Positions 20,387 to 30,781 of a stretch of DNA of 64,000 bases are shown piece after piece. Position 1 is the first letter of the stretch. Every line of letters begins with the position of its first letter. Origin of the DNA: Acidimicrobiales bacterium (GTDB lineage Bacteria > Actinomycetota > Acidimicrobiia > Acidimicrobiales > SZUA-35); contig OZ244139.1 of assembly GCA_965216205.1 (NCBI GenBank), forward strand, positions 2,331,152 through 2,395,151, written 5' to 3'. Made by a program: the position numbers and the translations under genes. Under the pieces are notes generated by a model. That model saw only the letters and a list, made by a program, of their open reading frames with translations. It had not been told where the DNA came from and did no database searches.

Positions 20387-21067
20387 ATGTGCGAATCGAG
20401 GGGGATTCACAGCGTGGCGATCGACGTGCGGACGAAGGATTGCACTGGACTGGGCGACGCGGAGTTTGCCGAGATGGCCGACCTCGCCGCGGGTACGGTC
20501 GGCTGGGAGGCCGGCATGCTCAGCAAGGAGGCCGAGGAGTGGGTGCTGGCCAGCCAGGCCTATGACGATGACACGCTCCAGGGGTTCATGTTGTCGACGT
20601 TGGAACGGATCGGTGGAACACCGGCGCTGGTGATCGGCGCCGCGTCGATCGCCAGGACCGACCAGCGGGCCCAGATCGTGGAGGGCCTGATGCACGAGAG
20701 CTACCACAAGGCGTTGATGGCGTTCCCCGACGAGGATGTGATCGTTGCGTGCCGCCTCGTCGAGCCGGGGCCACTCGAGGTGCTGGCTGAGCTCACCGAT
20801 GTGCGACCGTGGCCCGAGCAGCGGGCGAACGGGGAGGAGCGGGCGTGGGGGCGCCGCCTCTCGAAGCGGTTCGGGGCGCTCGACTTCGACGATCGGGCGA
20901 TGATCGCGACGGGTGACGGTGAGCAGTTGGTCTTCGACCACGAGGCGGATCGGTCCGACGTCGGCGCCGTCTTCGACGGGTGCGACACCGATGGTGGCCA
21001 GTACATCATCGCCTGGGGTTGGGCCATGGCCGAGTTCCTGGAGCAGTTCCAGAAGCCTGTGTCCTGA
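20387..21067 (+). CDS. Hypothetical protein (226 aa)
   Basis: Protein-like composition and GC3 bias. I recognise no motif. Confidence 0.5.
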   Translation: MCESRGIHSVAIDVRTKDCTGLGDAEFAEMADLAAGTVGWEAGMLSKEAEEWVLASQAYDDDTLQGFMLSTLERIGGTPALVIGAASIARTDQRAQIVEGLMHESYHKALMAFPDEDVIVACRLVEPGPLEVLAELTDVRPWPEQRANGEERAWGRRLSKRFGALDFDDRAMIATGDGEQLVFDHEADRSDVGAVFDGCDTDGGQYIIAWGWAMAEFLEQFQKPVS

Positions 21068-21080
21068 CCTCCCCGGGGAC

Positions 21081-21226
21081 GTGATCCATCTCGGGCGGGC
21101 CCGAGTAGGTGATCCATCTCGGGCGGGCCCGAGTAGGTGATCCATCTCGGGCGGGCCCGAGTAGGTGATCCATCTCGGGCGGGCCCGAGTAGGTGATCCA
21201 TCTCGGGCGGGCCCGAGTAGGTGATA
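21081..21226. repeat. Spacer-less tandem repeat, 28 bp x5 plus a 6-bp partial unit: GTGATCCATCTCGGGCGGGCCCGAGTAG
   Basis: Five identical units begin at 21081, 21109, 21137, 21165 and 21193. Each contains a CTCGGG-CGGG-CCCGAG hairpin/palindrome. Lies between the hypothetical gene and dnaE. Confidence 0.95.
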
Positions 21227-21338
21227 AGGTGCAAATCACAGCCATGTAGTTCTTACCCACAGGCTGTGGGAAGGACCTGTGGAAAGAGTGGGGACGGTGG
21301 ATGACCGCTGCCCCGGCAGCACCTGAGGAGTCCAGCTC

Positions 21339-24300
21339 GTGGGTTCGTCGTTCACCCACCTCCATGTCCACACCGAGTACTCCATGCTCGACGGCGCCTC
21401 GCGCCTCGATGATCTCGTGTCGAAGGCAGCGGCCGACGGGATGCCGGCCCTCGGCATCACCGATCACGGGAACATGTACGGCGTTCTCGACTTCTACCGC
21501 GCCTGCAAGCGGCAGGAGATCAACCCGGTCATCGGGGTCGAGCTCTATCAGGCCGAGGACTCGCGGCACGAGCGCCCGAGCAGGCGGGGCAAGCTCGACG
21601 ACTCCGGCGGCACGACCGACGGCGGGAAGAAGCTCTACTACCACCTCATCGCCCTGGCCGAGAACAACACGGGCTACAAGAACCTGATCCAGCTCGCGTC
21701 CCGGGCGTTCATGGAGGGCTACTACTACAAGCCGCGGGTCGACTGGGAGGTCCTGGCCGATCATGCCGAAGGCGTGATCGCCACCACCGGCTGCCTCGGT
21801 GGCCACGTGCTCCAGTCGCTGATGAACGGCGACGAGCGCGGGGCGCTCGAGAAGGCGGCCCGGATGCAGGACATCTTCGGGAAGGACAACCTCTTCGTCG
21901 AGTTGCAGGATCACGGCATCCCCGCCCAGCGGGAGACGAATCCGAAGCTGCTGGAGATCGCCCGCAGGATCGGGGCGCCGCTGCTCGTCACCAACGACTC
22001 CCATTACACCGAGCAGCACGATCACACCGCCCACGACGCACTGCTCTGCGTGCAGACGGGATCGCTCATGAGCGATCCCGACCGATTCAAGTTCCACGGT
22101 GATCAGCACTATCTCAAGACGGCAGCGGAGATGCGTGCCGACTGGTCGGAGCTCCCCGAGGCGTGCGACAACACGTTGTGGATCGCCGAGCGGGCCAATG
22201 TCGAGATCGAGTTCGGCAAGCCGCTGCTGCCCGACTTCCCCATACCGGAGGGCTTCACCGGGGCCGACGACTATCTCCTCCATCTCACGATGGAGGGGGC
22301 CAGGAAGCGGTGGGGGACCGCGCTGACCGACGAGGTCACCGAGCGGCTCGCGTTCGAGCTCGACGTCATCAAGAGCATGGGCTTCAGCTCCTACTTCCTC
22401 ATCACGTGGGACCTGATCCGCCACGCACGCGACTCGGGCATTCGGGTCGGCCCCGGCCGCGGGTCGGCCGCCGGCTGCGCGGTGGCGTACTGCCTCTGGA
22501 TCACCGATCTCGATCCCATCGAGTACGACCTTCTGTTCGAGCGGTTCCTCAACCCGTCCCGTATCTCGATGCCCGACATCGACATGGACTTCGACTCCCG
22601 TTACCGCGACGAGATGATCCGGTACGCCGCCGAGGCCTACGGACGGGATCACGTGGCCCAGATCGTGACCTTCAGCCAGATCAAGGCTCGGGCTGCGGTG
22701 CGCGACGGCGCCCGGGTGCTCGGCTACCCCTATGCCGTCGGCGACAAGGTGGCCAAGGCCATGCCGCCACTCGTGATGGGACGGGACACGCCGCTGAAGT
22801 ACTGCTTCGAGAAGAGCGAGAAGTACGCCGATGGCTTCAAGGCTGCAGCGGAGCTCCGGGCGATGGTCGAGACCGACGCCGACGTGGCTGCGGTGGTCGA
22901 CGTGGCCAAGGGCCTCGAAGGGCTGCGCCGTCAGGACGGTATCCACGCCGCGGCCGTGGTGATCACGAAGGATCCGCTCACCGACTACCTCCCCATCCAA
23001 CGCAAGCCGGAGGCGGGTATCGACATCGCCGATGCGCCGGTGGTCACCCAGTACGAGATGCACGGGGTGGAGGAGCTCGGCCTCCTGAAGATGGACTTCC
23101 TCGGCCTTCGCAACCTCGACGTGATCACCGACGCCCTGGAGCTGATCGAGAGGGTCCACGGCGTGCGGGTCGACATCGACGATGTCCCCCTCGACGACGA
23201 ACCGACCTACGAGCTCTTGCGGGAGGGACGCTCGATCGGGGTGTTCCAACTCGAATCGGCGCCGATGCGGACGCTGATGCGGTCGATGGCGCCGACCGAG
23301 TTCGAGGACGTCGCGGCGCTGGTCGCGCTGTACCGGCCCGGTCCGATGGCAGCCAACATGCACAACGACTATGCCGACCGGAAGAACGGGCGGCAGGAGT
23401 CGGTGCCGTTCCATCCCGACGCCGCCGAGATCCTCGGCGGGACCTACAACCTCTGCATCTACCAGGAGGAACTGATGCAGCTCGCCCAGAAGTTCGCCGG
23501 CTACGACCTCGCACAGGCCGACAATCTCCGCAAGGCGATGGGCAAGAAGATCCGGGAGAAGATCCAGGCGGAGCGGGCAGGCTTCGTCGATGGCTGCGAA
23601 GCCCAGGGATACGGCCGGGAGCTGGGCGAGGAGCTGTTCGACACGATGGAGCCCTTCGCCGACTACGCCTTCAACAAGAGTCACTCGTACGGCTACGGCT
23701 TCGTCAGCTACCAGACGGCGTTCCTGAAGGCGAACTACCCGGTGGAGTACCTCGCCTGTCTGCTCACCAGCGTCAAGGGCAACCTCGACAAGGCCGCGAT
23801 CTACCTCAACGAGTGCCGGCAGATGGGCATCAACGTGCTCGTCCCCGATGTCAACCGCTCCGATCTCGACTTCACCTCGGTCGACGACCCCGAGGGGGGC
23901 GAGCTCAACGCGATCCCGTTCGGCTTGTCAGCGGTTCGGAACGTGGGTGAGGGACTGATGCAGCTCGTCATCGAGGAGCGGAATGCACATGGGCCCTATC
24001 AGAGCTTCGTGGACTTCTGCGAACGCGTCGATTACCAGGTGCTCAACAAACGGACGCTCGAATCGCTGATCAAGGCTGGCGCGTTCGACTCGCTCGGCCA
24101 TCCCCGCAAGGGCCTGCTGCTCGCGTTCGAGGACATCATCGACAAGACGGTCAGCGCCCGTCGCGAGCACGACATGGGGGTCATGACCCTCTTCGGCGCC
24201 CTCGGTGACGACGACGATCAGCAGGCGTCCTTCGACGATCGCCAGTCGATCCCCCAGGTCACGTTCGACAAGGCCCAGCGCTTGGCGTTCGAGAAGGAGA

Positions 24301-24887
24301 TGCTTGGGCTGTATGTGTCGGACCATCCGCTCATGGGGTTCGAGGAGGCGCTCGCCGCCAGGACGGAGGGGAGCCTCGCCGACCTCGACACCGTCGAGGA
24401 CGGACAGTCGATCGTGGTGGGCGGGGTGGTCACCGGACTGCAGAAGAAGTGGACGAAGAAGGGCGACCTGATGGCCGTCTTCGTGTTGGAGGATCTGACC
24501 CACGGGGTCGAGGCGATGGTCTTTCCCCGCAGCTTCGCCGACTACGGGCACCTCCTCGAGGACGACCGGATCGTGATCGTGCGCGGCCGCGCCGACAAGC
24601 GCGACGACCAGCCGAAGGTGATCGCACAGGCGATCGAGATCTTCGACACCGAACGAGCGAGCGCGACCGCACCGCTACGGCTCCAGGTGCGTCCGGAGCA
24701 GCTCTCCGAGGACATGATCGATCGGCTCAAGACGGTCCTCGTCGACCACGGCGGCGACTCGACGGTCTTCATCCACCTCAGCGACGACAAGGCGGTTCGT
24801 CTCTCCGACCGGTACTGCGTCGACACGTCGAACGGGCTCATCCCCGAGCTCCGGGTCCTGCTGGGGGCCGACGCCGTCATTCTGTAG
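21339..24887 (+). CDS. dnaE: DNA polymerase III alpha subunit (DnaE1)
   Basis: 1182 aa. PHP domain start FTHLHVHTEYSMLDGA, polymerase core (PDIDMDF), OB fold near the C-terminus. GTG start with GAGGAG upstream. Confidence 0.97.
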   Translation: MGSSFTHLHVHTEYSMLDGASRLDDLVSKAAADGMPALGITDHGNMYGVLDFYRACKRQEINPVIGVELYQAEDSRHERPSRRGKLDDSGGTTDGGKKLYYHLIALAENNTGYKNLIQLASRAFMEGYYYKPRVDWEVLADHAEGVIATTGCLGGHVLQSLMNGDERGALEKAARMQDIFGKDNLFVELQDHGIPAQRETNPKLLEIARRIGAPLLVTNDSHYTEQHDHTAHDALLCVQTGSLMSDPDRFKFHGDQHYLKTAAEMRADWSELPEACDNTLWIAERANVEIEFGKPLLPDFPIPEGFTGADDYLLHLTMEGARKRWGTALTDEVTERLAFELDVIKSMGFSSYFLITWDLIRHARDSGIRVGPGRGSAAGCAVAYCLWITDLDPIEYDLLFERFLNPSRISMPDIDMDFDSRYRDEMIRYAAEAYGRDHVAQIVTFSQIKARAAVRDGARVLGYPYAVGDKVAKAMPPLVMGRDTPLKYCFEKSEKYADGFKAAAELRAMVETDADVAAVVDVAKGLEGLRRQDGIHAAAVVITKDPLTDYLPIQRKPEAGIDIADAPVVTQYEMHGVEELGLLKMDFLGLRNLDVITDALELIERVHGVRVDIDDVPLDDEPTYELLREGRSIGVFQLESAPMRTLMRSMAPTEFEDVAALVALYRPGPMAANMHNDYADRKNGRQESVPFHPDAAEILGGTYNLCIYQEELMQLAQKFAGYDLAQADNLRKAMGKKIREKIQAERAGFVDGCEAQGYGRELGEELFDTMEPFADYAFNKSHSYGYGFVSYQTAFLKANYPVEYLACLLTSVKGNLDKAAIYLNECRQMGINVLVPDVNRSDLDFTSVDDPEGGELNAIPFGLSAVRNVGEGLMQLVIEERNAHGPYQSFVDFCERVDYQVLNKRTLESLIKAGAFDSLGHPRKGLLLAFEDIIDKTVSARREHDMGVMTLFGALGDDDDQQASFDDRQSIPQVTFDKAQRLAFEKEMLGLYVSDHPLMGFEEALAARTEGSLADLDTVEDGQSIVVGGVVTGLQKKWTKKGDLMAVFVLEDLTHGVEAMVFPRSFADYGHLLEDDRIVIVRGRADKRDDQPKVIAQAIEIFDTERASATAPLRLQVRPEQLSEDMIDRLKTVLVDHGGDSTVFIHLSDDKAVRLSDRYCVDTSNGLIPELRVLLGADAVIL

Positions 24888-24910
24888 CGCTGCGCTGCGC
24901 CCGCTCGTCG

Positions 24911-26287
24911 ATGGTCGGGAAGAATTCATCGTCGTCGTCGAGTCGCCCCGATCGGCACACTGTGCCCCTGAACTTCGTGACTCGCACGCTCCGGTCGCCC
25001 CTTCTTCGTGCCTGGCGCGCGTTCGGCGGGCTCGCCGGTGACACGATGTGGAGCGGTGCCCACGACCTCCTCGCAATGGCCACCGCCCTGACGTCGTTCC
25101 AATTGCTGCAGCGGGCCCTCCTCGTCGAGCAATACGGTGCCTACATCGGGCTCTACGGCCTCGTCGGTGCGCTGGGTGCGATCTCGATGTCGGGCGTCGG
25201 GTTGGCGCTCCTGCAGCGGCTGATCGGCGCCCGGGACGAGCCGAGCTCTGCCCTCCGATCGTTTCTCAGCCTGTCGATGGTCATCGGTGTCGTCGCCGTA
25301 CTGGTCGTGGGTGCCGTCGGGATGCTCACCCTCCAGCTCACCAGGGCCGAGATCGCGGTGGTCGCGGTCGCCGAGCTCATCGCCGTGGCGGTCGTGTGGA
25401 TCGCCGCCGTGTCCGTGCAGGCGGCATCGGGCTACCCTGCTGCCGCCAGGGTCCGGATGGGCATCGTCGCGATCCGCCTCGTGACGCTCGTCGTGCTCCA
25501 GGTCACGGGCAACCTGACGATCCTCCGCCTCGGCCTGGGTTTCCTGATCGGCTTCAGCGGGTACGGCACCTACCTGTTGGTCGTCCATCTCCCGAAGCAC
25601 GGCTACTCGGTGGGGGCCTGCCGGCCGACGGCGCTCTCGATCCGGTCGAGTGCGATGTTCTCGATCCCGATGGGTGCCAGCAAGCTCCAGACGGACGGTG
25701 ACAAGTGGTTCCTGAACGTGTTCCGCTTCGAGGCCGACGCCGGCCTGTACGGGGCCGCCTACCGGGTCGTCCAGCTCGGCACCCTCCCGCTCCTCGCGTT
25801 GGACGCTGCGGCGTTCCAGCGATTCCTCCCCCAGGGCGACGGGGAGCGAGGTTTGCACTGGCACCGGGCGAAGCGCCTGGCGATGCTCGTGACCGTGGCG
25901 AGCGTCGGGTTGGCCCTGGCGCTGTATGCGGCGCTGCCGCTTCTCGGCTTCCTGTTCACCGACGACTACCAGGACGCGCTCGGGATCGTCCCCTGGCTGC
26001 TCCTGCTCATACCGTTGCTGGCGGTGAGCAGCACGCCGCTCAACGGGCTGCTCGGGCTGGGACATGCCGACAAGCGGATGTACGTCTACCTCTCGTCGTC
26101 GGCGCTGAGCGTGGCCATCTACTTCCTGCTCATCCCCTCGTACTCGTGGCGAGGTGCGGTCGTCGGGACGTTCGTCAGCGAGACCTACCTGGTGGCGATG
26201 GGGTGGGGAGCGCTCTGGTTCTATCAGCGGCGGGCCGACGAGGCGCTCGACGATGCCGACCCCGCGCCGGTCATGACCTCGGTCTGA
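24911..26287 (+). CDS. Polysaccharide biosynthesis protein / Wzx-like flippase (MOP superfamily), copy 1
   Basis: About 12 predicted TM helices and an EPS-locus context. The part of the ORF upstream of the ATG at 24911 overlaps dnaE and is rejected. Confidence 0.65.
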   Translation: MVGKNSSSSSSRPDRHTVPLNFVTRTLRSPLLRAWRAFGGLAGDTMWSGAHDLLAMATALTSFQLLQRALLVEQYGAYIGLYGLVGALGAISMSGVGLALLQRLIGARDEPSSALRSFLSLSMVIGVVAVLVVGAVGMLTLQLTRAEIAVVAVAELIAVAVVWIAAVSVQAASGYPAAARVRMGIVAIRLVTLVVLQVTGNLTILRLGLGFLIGFSGYGTYLLVVHLPKHGYSVGACRPTALSIRSSAMFSIPMGASKLQTDGDKWFLNVFRFEADAGLYGAAYRVVQLGTLPLLALDAAAFQRFLPQGDGERGLHWHRAKRLAMLVTVASVGLALALYAALPLLGFLFTDDYQDALGIVPWLLLLIPLLAVSSTPLNGLLGLGHADKRMYVYLSSSALSVAIYFLLIPSYSWRGAVVGTFVSETYLVAMGWGALWFYQRRADEALDDADPAPVMTSV

Positions 26288-27543
26288 CCACGGGCGGACG
26301 TGGTTGCACCGATGACGGCTTCGAACAGGGCCTCGAGCTTCGCCGCTTCGATGTCATTGGAGAACTCCGCCCCGACCTTGGCCCGGCCCGCCTGCCCGAA
26401 CAGCTGTCGGGAACGGGGATCGTCGAGTAGGGCGAGGAGGGCGTCCGCCAACGACACGGCATCGCCGGGAAGGACGAGGTAGCCGTTGATCCCGTGTTCG
26501 ACGAGCTCGGCCACGCCTCCGACGTGGGTCGCCACGACCGGGACCCCCGCGGCCAACGCCTCCATGAGGGTGACCGGCACCCCTTCGGCGAAGCTCGGCA
26601 ACACGAACACGTCGGTGTCAGCGAGTTGGTCGGCCACCTCCGCCTGGGAGCGCGCACCGACGAAGCGGACGTGGTCGGCGACGTCGAGCTCGCAGGCGAC
26701 CGCTTCGAAGCGATCGCGGTCCGGTCCGTCACCGACGATCGTGAGCTCGACGTCGGGTTGCTCCTTCTTCACCTGTTGCAACGCCTCGAGCAACACCGTC
26801 ACCCCCTTGAGCTCTGTCAGGCGACCGACGAAGAGCAGCCGTCGACCCCGGCCGACGTGGCGAACCGGCGTGTAGGAGTCGTCGTCGACGCCGCAACGCA
26901 CCACATGGATCCGATCGTGGTGCTCGAGTGCGGCGTGGACCAGGGTCTGCGCCCGACAGAAGTAGCTGATGCACGCGCAGAACGAGGCACGAGCGAGCTT
27001 CGTGTCGAGGCGCCACGCCCTCGGTTCGTAGGACACGCCGGGGCTGTGCAGCGTGAACGAGAACGTGAACCCACCGAGCTCGGCTGCGAGCATCGCCACC
27101 GAGCAACTCGAGTCCCCGAAGTGGTTGTGGAGGTGGGGGATGCCTCGCTGGCGGATCTCGTGGGCCAACAGGCCGGCCTCGGCGAAGTACGCGGCCTGGC
27201 GGATCGCTCCTCGCAGCCCTGGTCGGCGGGTGGACGAGGCCAGACGAGCCCCGTCGAGGTACCGGCCAGGCGACCGGAGCGCGAGCCCGACGTGGGCCCG
27301 CAGGCCGTCGATCGACCGGCGACGATCGAGCAGATAGGTCGTCCGGGCCCGCTCGGTGCGTTGCTCCTCACCGACCATGTGGTCGTCGCCGGGACGCCGC
27401 ACGGCGAAGCTGTCCACGACCACTCCCCGGCTCCGTAGGGCGGCGATCTCCCGCTGGATCCACACGTCGCTGGCCCGGGGGTACTCGCCGGTGAGGTAGG
27501 CGACCCGAGTGGTGGGCGATGAGCGGCGCGTCGGGTCAGTCAC
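26224..27543 (-). CDS. Glycosyltransferase, GT4/group 1 (WcaL-like)
   Basis: N-terminal VAYLTGEYPRASDVWIQREI. C-terminal GT1 domain (FVLPS.AEG.PV..MEALA.G.PVV.T..GG..E.V). Confidence 0.85.
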   Translation of the reverse strand: MTDPTRRSSPTTRVAYLTGEYPRASDVWIQREIAALRSRGVVVDSFAVRRPGDDHMVGEEQRTERARTTYLLDRRRSIDGLRAHVGLALRSPGRYLDGARLASSTRRPGLRGAIRQAAYFAEAGLLAHEIRQRGIPHLHNHFGDSSCSVAMLAAELGGFTFSFTLHSPGVSYEPRAWRLDTKLARASFCACISYFCRAQTLVHAALEHHDRIHVVRCGVDDDSYTPVRHVGRGRRLLFVGRLTELKGVTVLLEALQQVKKEQPDVELTIVGDGPDRDRFEAVACELDVADHVRFVGARSQAEVADQLADTDVFVLPSFAEGVPVTLMEALAAGVPVVATHVGGVAELVEHGINGYLVLPGDAVSLADALLALLDDPRSRQLFGQAGRAKVGAEFSNDIEAAKLEALFEAVIGATTSARGQTEVMTGAGSASSSASSARR

Positions 27544-28585
27544 GGGAAGTTCCTCCGGGCGCGGTCAGGACTGCGTCGGGGCCTGTGCTGCGCTCGATGG
27601 CGGTGTGGAGATCGAAGCTCGGCTTCCACCCGAGCAGCCGCTTCGCCTTGGCGTTGCTGTATCGGAGCGGCTTGAATCGGGCGTGGAGCCGGTCGGGCAC
27701 GATGATCCCCGGGAACTCGGCCCGCCCGCCGAGGAGCAGGTCGTTGGCCCGGTCGAGCACGGTCGTGGCGGCATCGACGATCGGCCACGGCAGTGTCATC
27801 GACGGCGGGGTGTCGACCACTGCAGCGACGGTCGACGCGTAGCTTCGCTGTGTGGGCAGATCGTCGTCGACGATGTTGATCACCTGCCCGCACACCGTCG
27901 ACGCCTCGCTCGTCAGGGCTTCGGCCGCCGCTACGAGCCCCTCCGCGCAGTTCTCCACGTAGATCAGGGGGAGGGTGGCGCTCGTGCCGATCTTCACGAA
28001 TCGTGAACCGAGCTGGGTGCCGAGCAGGGCGTGCCAGAGGTTGTCGCGGCCGTAGATCATGCCCGGCCGGACGATCACGACCCGGTGAGCTCCCGGCGCG
28101 TGGTGGCCGAAGCGGCGAAAGAGCTTGTCCTGGATGAGCTTGGTCCTGGCGTACTCGTCCCGCCGGCCCGGTGTCTCGTCGACCGGGGAGTCCTCGGTGA
28201 CGAGCTCGCAGCGCCGGATCGCAAGATAGTCGTACACGGCCAAGGTGCTGACCCCGACCAGGGAGCCGACACCCCGCCTGGCCATCGCCGCAAGGAGGTT
28301 CTCGGTGGCGACGACCGTGCCGGTGAACTGGGTGGGGAAGTCGCCCGCCTTCGCAGCGGCCAGGTGGATCACCGCGTCGACACCGTCGACGACGTCGTCG
28401 AGCCCCGCCGGCGAGCGGAGATCGGCCCGTACCTGCTCCATCGCCGGATGGCCGGCGTACCGACCGAGTGTGTCGGCGGTCCCCGCCGGTCGGATCAGAG
28501 CTCGCACGGTGTGGCCAGCCTCGATCGCGGCGGCGACGGTGTAGCGCCCCACGAAGCCCGACGCCCCGGTGATGGCGAGTCTCAC
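27536..28585 (-). CDS. NAD-dependent sugar epimerase/dehydratase (extended SDR)
   Basis: MRLAITGASGFVGR Rossmann motif and YARTK catalytic YxxxK. Confidence 0.85.
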   Translation of the reverse strand: MRLAITGASGFVGRYTVAAAIEAGHTVRALIRPAGTADTLGRYAGHPAMEQVRADLRSPAGLDDVVDGVDAVIHLAAAKAGDFPTQFTGTVVATENLLAAMARRGVGSLVGVSTLAVYDYLAIRRCELVTEDSPVDETPGRRDEYARTKLIQDKLFRRFGHHAPGAHRVVIVRPGMIYGRDNLWHALLGTQLGSRFVKIGTSATLPLIYVENCAEGLVAAAEALTSEASTVCGQVINIVDDDLPTQRSYASTVAAVVDTPPSMTLPWPIVDAATTVLDRANDLLLGGRAEFPGIIVPDRLHARFKPLRYSNAKAKRLLGWKPSFDLHTAIERSTGPDAVLTAPGGTSRD

Positions 28586-29730
28586 GAACCGACGCCCTCG
28601 GTCAGCAGCCTGTCCACGAGCTCGGCTGCCGCCCGCATGTCCGCCGGTGAGACCGGGAGCGGCAGGCCGCCGACCAACGCATCGTAGGTCTCGTCGAGCA
28701 TCCGGTGGAGGCCGACGTAGGGGCCGAACCGGAGCAGCTTGTCGCGCCCGTTCCGCACGCCGGCGCGGATCTGGTTGCCCCCGTTGACCACCTGGTTGAC
28801 GATGGGGTCCAGCTTCGCGCCGCCGGGTCGGGGAACGACCAGCCGGAGATGGGGATGGAACAGGTCGGTTTCGGCGAACCCGTCACTGCCTCGCACGATC
28901 ACCGTGAAGGTGTCGGGCCTGCAGCGGGCGTCGAACCGGAGCCGGGCGTGCACCGGACCGTCGGGGCCATCGCCGATCAGGGTCGCATCGAGGTCGTCGT
29001 AGCGGAAGAAGGCCGGTGCGCTGTGCCGGTTCCAGTGGGCGCTGATCTCGTCGAACCGGGTCCCGGGGGCGAGGTGCAGCAGGAGGTACGCGAAGTGGGT
29101 GATGAAGTCGTGGATCACGCCCGCAGGCAGGCGGTGGATCGGGCTCGGCAGGTTCGGGTCCCCGAATCGACCCGTGGGATCGGTCACGGGGAGTGAGATC
29201 CGGATCTCCACCTCGTGCACGGCTCCCAGCTCGCCGCGATCGATCGCCGAGCGAATCCGAACGATCGGGGGGTTGAACCGGTAGTTGTGGCTCTCGGTGA
29301 GCCGCCGGCTCCGCCGTTCCGCGAGCAGCAGCAGCTCGTCGAGCTCGTCGGAGGTCGGCGTGATCGGCTTCTCGCAGATCACGTCGGCGCCGGCCGCGAG
29401 GCTCTTGGCGATGATCGCGCGGTGGCTCGACGGTGGCGTGAGCACGTGGACGACATCGGGTCGCTCGGCGGTCAGCAGGAGGTCGACGTCCGTGTAGCTG
29501 GCGGCGGCCCCGTAGGCGGACGCACCCTGGCGGGCGGCAGCGGGGGAGAGGTCGCAGACCGCGGCGAGGAGCACCTTGTCGCTCACGTCCCCGATTCTCG
29601 TTCGGCCGGTGAGGTAGGCGAGATGCTCGTGGGAGATGCCGCCCATACCGACGACCGCCGTCCTGACGGCGGAGGGGGCCGAGCGGCAGCTCGCCGGCGA
29701 CGCGATGGCGTGGGGCGGGGCGGAGACCAT
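28582..29730 (-). CDS. Gfo/Idh/MocA-family oxidoreductase
   Basis: VVGMGGIS.EHL Rossmann start, ICEKP motif and family-typical size. Translationally coupled to the epimerase. Confidence 0.8.
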   Translation of the reverse strand: MVSAPPHAIASPASCRSAPSAVRTAVVGMGGISHEHLAYLTGRTRIGDVSDKVLLAAVCDLSPAAARQGASAYGAAASYTDVDLLLTAERPDVVHVLTPPSSHRAIIAKSLAAGADVICEKPITPTSDELDELLLLAERRSRRLTESHNYRFNPPIVRIRSAIDRGELGAVHEVEIRISLPVTDPTGRFGDPNLPSPIHRLPAGVIHDFITHFAYLLLHLAPGTRFDEISAHWNRHSAPAFFRYDDLDATLIGDGPDGPVHARLRFDARCRPDTFTVIVRGSDGFAETDLFHPHLRLVVPRPGGAKLDPIVNQVVNGGNQIRAGVRNGRDKLLRFGPYVGLHRMLDETYDALVGGLPLPVSPADMRAAAELVDRLLTEGVGS

Positions 29731-29890
29731 GGTCGGACACGAAGTGTACGCGAGGTCCCCGATCCGCCCCCGAGTTCGGCTCCGTTGGGTTCATTCGCCC
29801 GCCGCGACGGGCAGAGCGACCCGATCCACCTCGTTCGCGTCGGTTCGTGGTTAGGTTGACCGCACCTCGAGCGTTCGTGATCGGTGGGCT

Positions 29891-30781
29891 GTGGATTCTG
29901 CTCTCCCCAACAATGCTCAGGGCTCAAACGACCTCGTTGTCGTCGATCCGCCGCTCGACGAACTCCGCCGCCAGAACCTCTTCGGTCTGGACTTCGTCGA
30001 CGCCCAGGATCTGGGTCCTGTCCTCGCTGCCATCCTGCGTCACCGGCGGCCCGGAGCCGGATTGGACATCGATGCTGTTGCCTGTCGACGCGATGGCTTG
30101 GCGGTCGTCGTGACGCCGAATGTCGACATCCTCGTCTCGCTCGACCGTGGCGCGCCGCCACCCGCCCGCGATCTCTATCACCGAGCCCGTTACGTGCTCC
30201 CCGACGGCATGCCGGTCGTGGGCGCGTCGAGGCTGCTCGGTCGCCCGCTGGGGGCGAGGCTCACCGGGAGCGGCCTCTTCGGTGAGCTCTGGCCTCGGCT
30301 GGTCGCCGAGCAGCGTCAGGTCGTGCTCCTGTGCTCCAACGAGGGGATCGCCGAGTTCCTGGCGGCGGAGCACCCTGGCGCCGAGTTCGTCGTGCCGCCC
30401 TTCTTCCGGCACGACGACTCGTCGCACCGTGAGTTGCTCGCGAAGGAGCTCGTCGCCGCGGTCGAGCGGGTCGACGCCGACTATCTCATGCTCGGAGTCG
30501 GCCATCCGAAGGACGCGCTGGTGACGGCGTCGGTTCTCGAGCTGTTCGCCGAGATCCGCCGACCACCGCCGCTGTGCCTCTGTCTGGGCGCCTCGTTCGC
30601 GATGTACGTGGGCCAGCAACGCCGCGCCCCCGAGCTCGTCCAGCGGATCGGGCTCGAGTGGTTCTACCGCTTCGTGCAGGAGCCGAGGCGCCTGTTCCGC
30701 CGGTACTTCATCGACGACGCAGCGTTCGTCGGGCTGGTCGTTCGTGCGTGGTCCTCGAACCGGCGGGCGGAGCCGTGGTGA
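29891..30781 (+). CDS. WecB/TagA/CpsF-family (GT26) glycosyltransferase
   Basis: VVTPNVDILV, PDGMPVV..SR, GVG.PK.. and EWFYRF..EPRRL.RRY motifs. GTG start uncertain. Confidence 0.8.
   Translation: MDSALPNNAQGSNDLVVVDPPLDELRRQNLFGLDFVDAQDLGPVLAAILRHRRPGAGLDIDAVACRRDGLAVVVTPNVDILVSLDRGAPPPARDLYHRARYVLPDGMPVVGASRLLGRPLGARLTGSGLFGELWPRLVAEQRQVVLLCSNEGIAEFLAAEHPGAEFVVPPFFRHDDSSHRELLAKELVAAVERVDADYLMLGVGHPKDALVTASVLELFAEIRRPPPLCLCLGASFAMYVGQQRRAPELVQRIGLEWFYRFVQEPRRLFRRYFIDDAAFVGLVVRAWSSNRRAEPW

Noticed and set aside
21081-21226. The 28-bp repeat array considered as a CRISPR array
   Set aside because: The units are directly adjacent with no spacers, and no cas genes are nearby. This is a tandem repeat, not CRISPR.
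24449-24910. N-terminal extension of the flippase ORF overlapping dnaE
   Set aside because: The extension is Arg/Pro-rich junk in an alternative frame of dnaE. The first sensible start is the ATG at 24911, after the dnaE stop.
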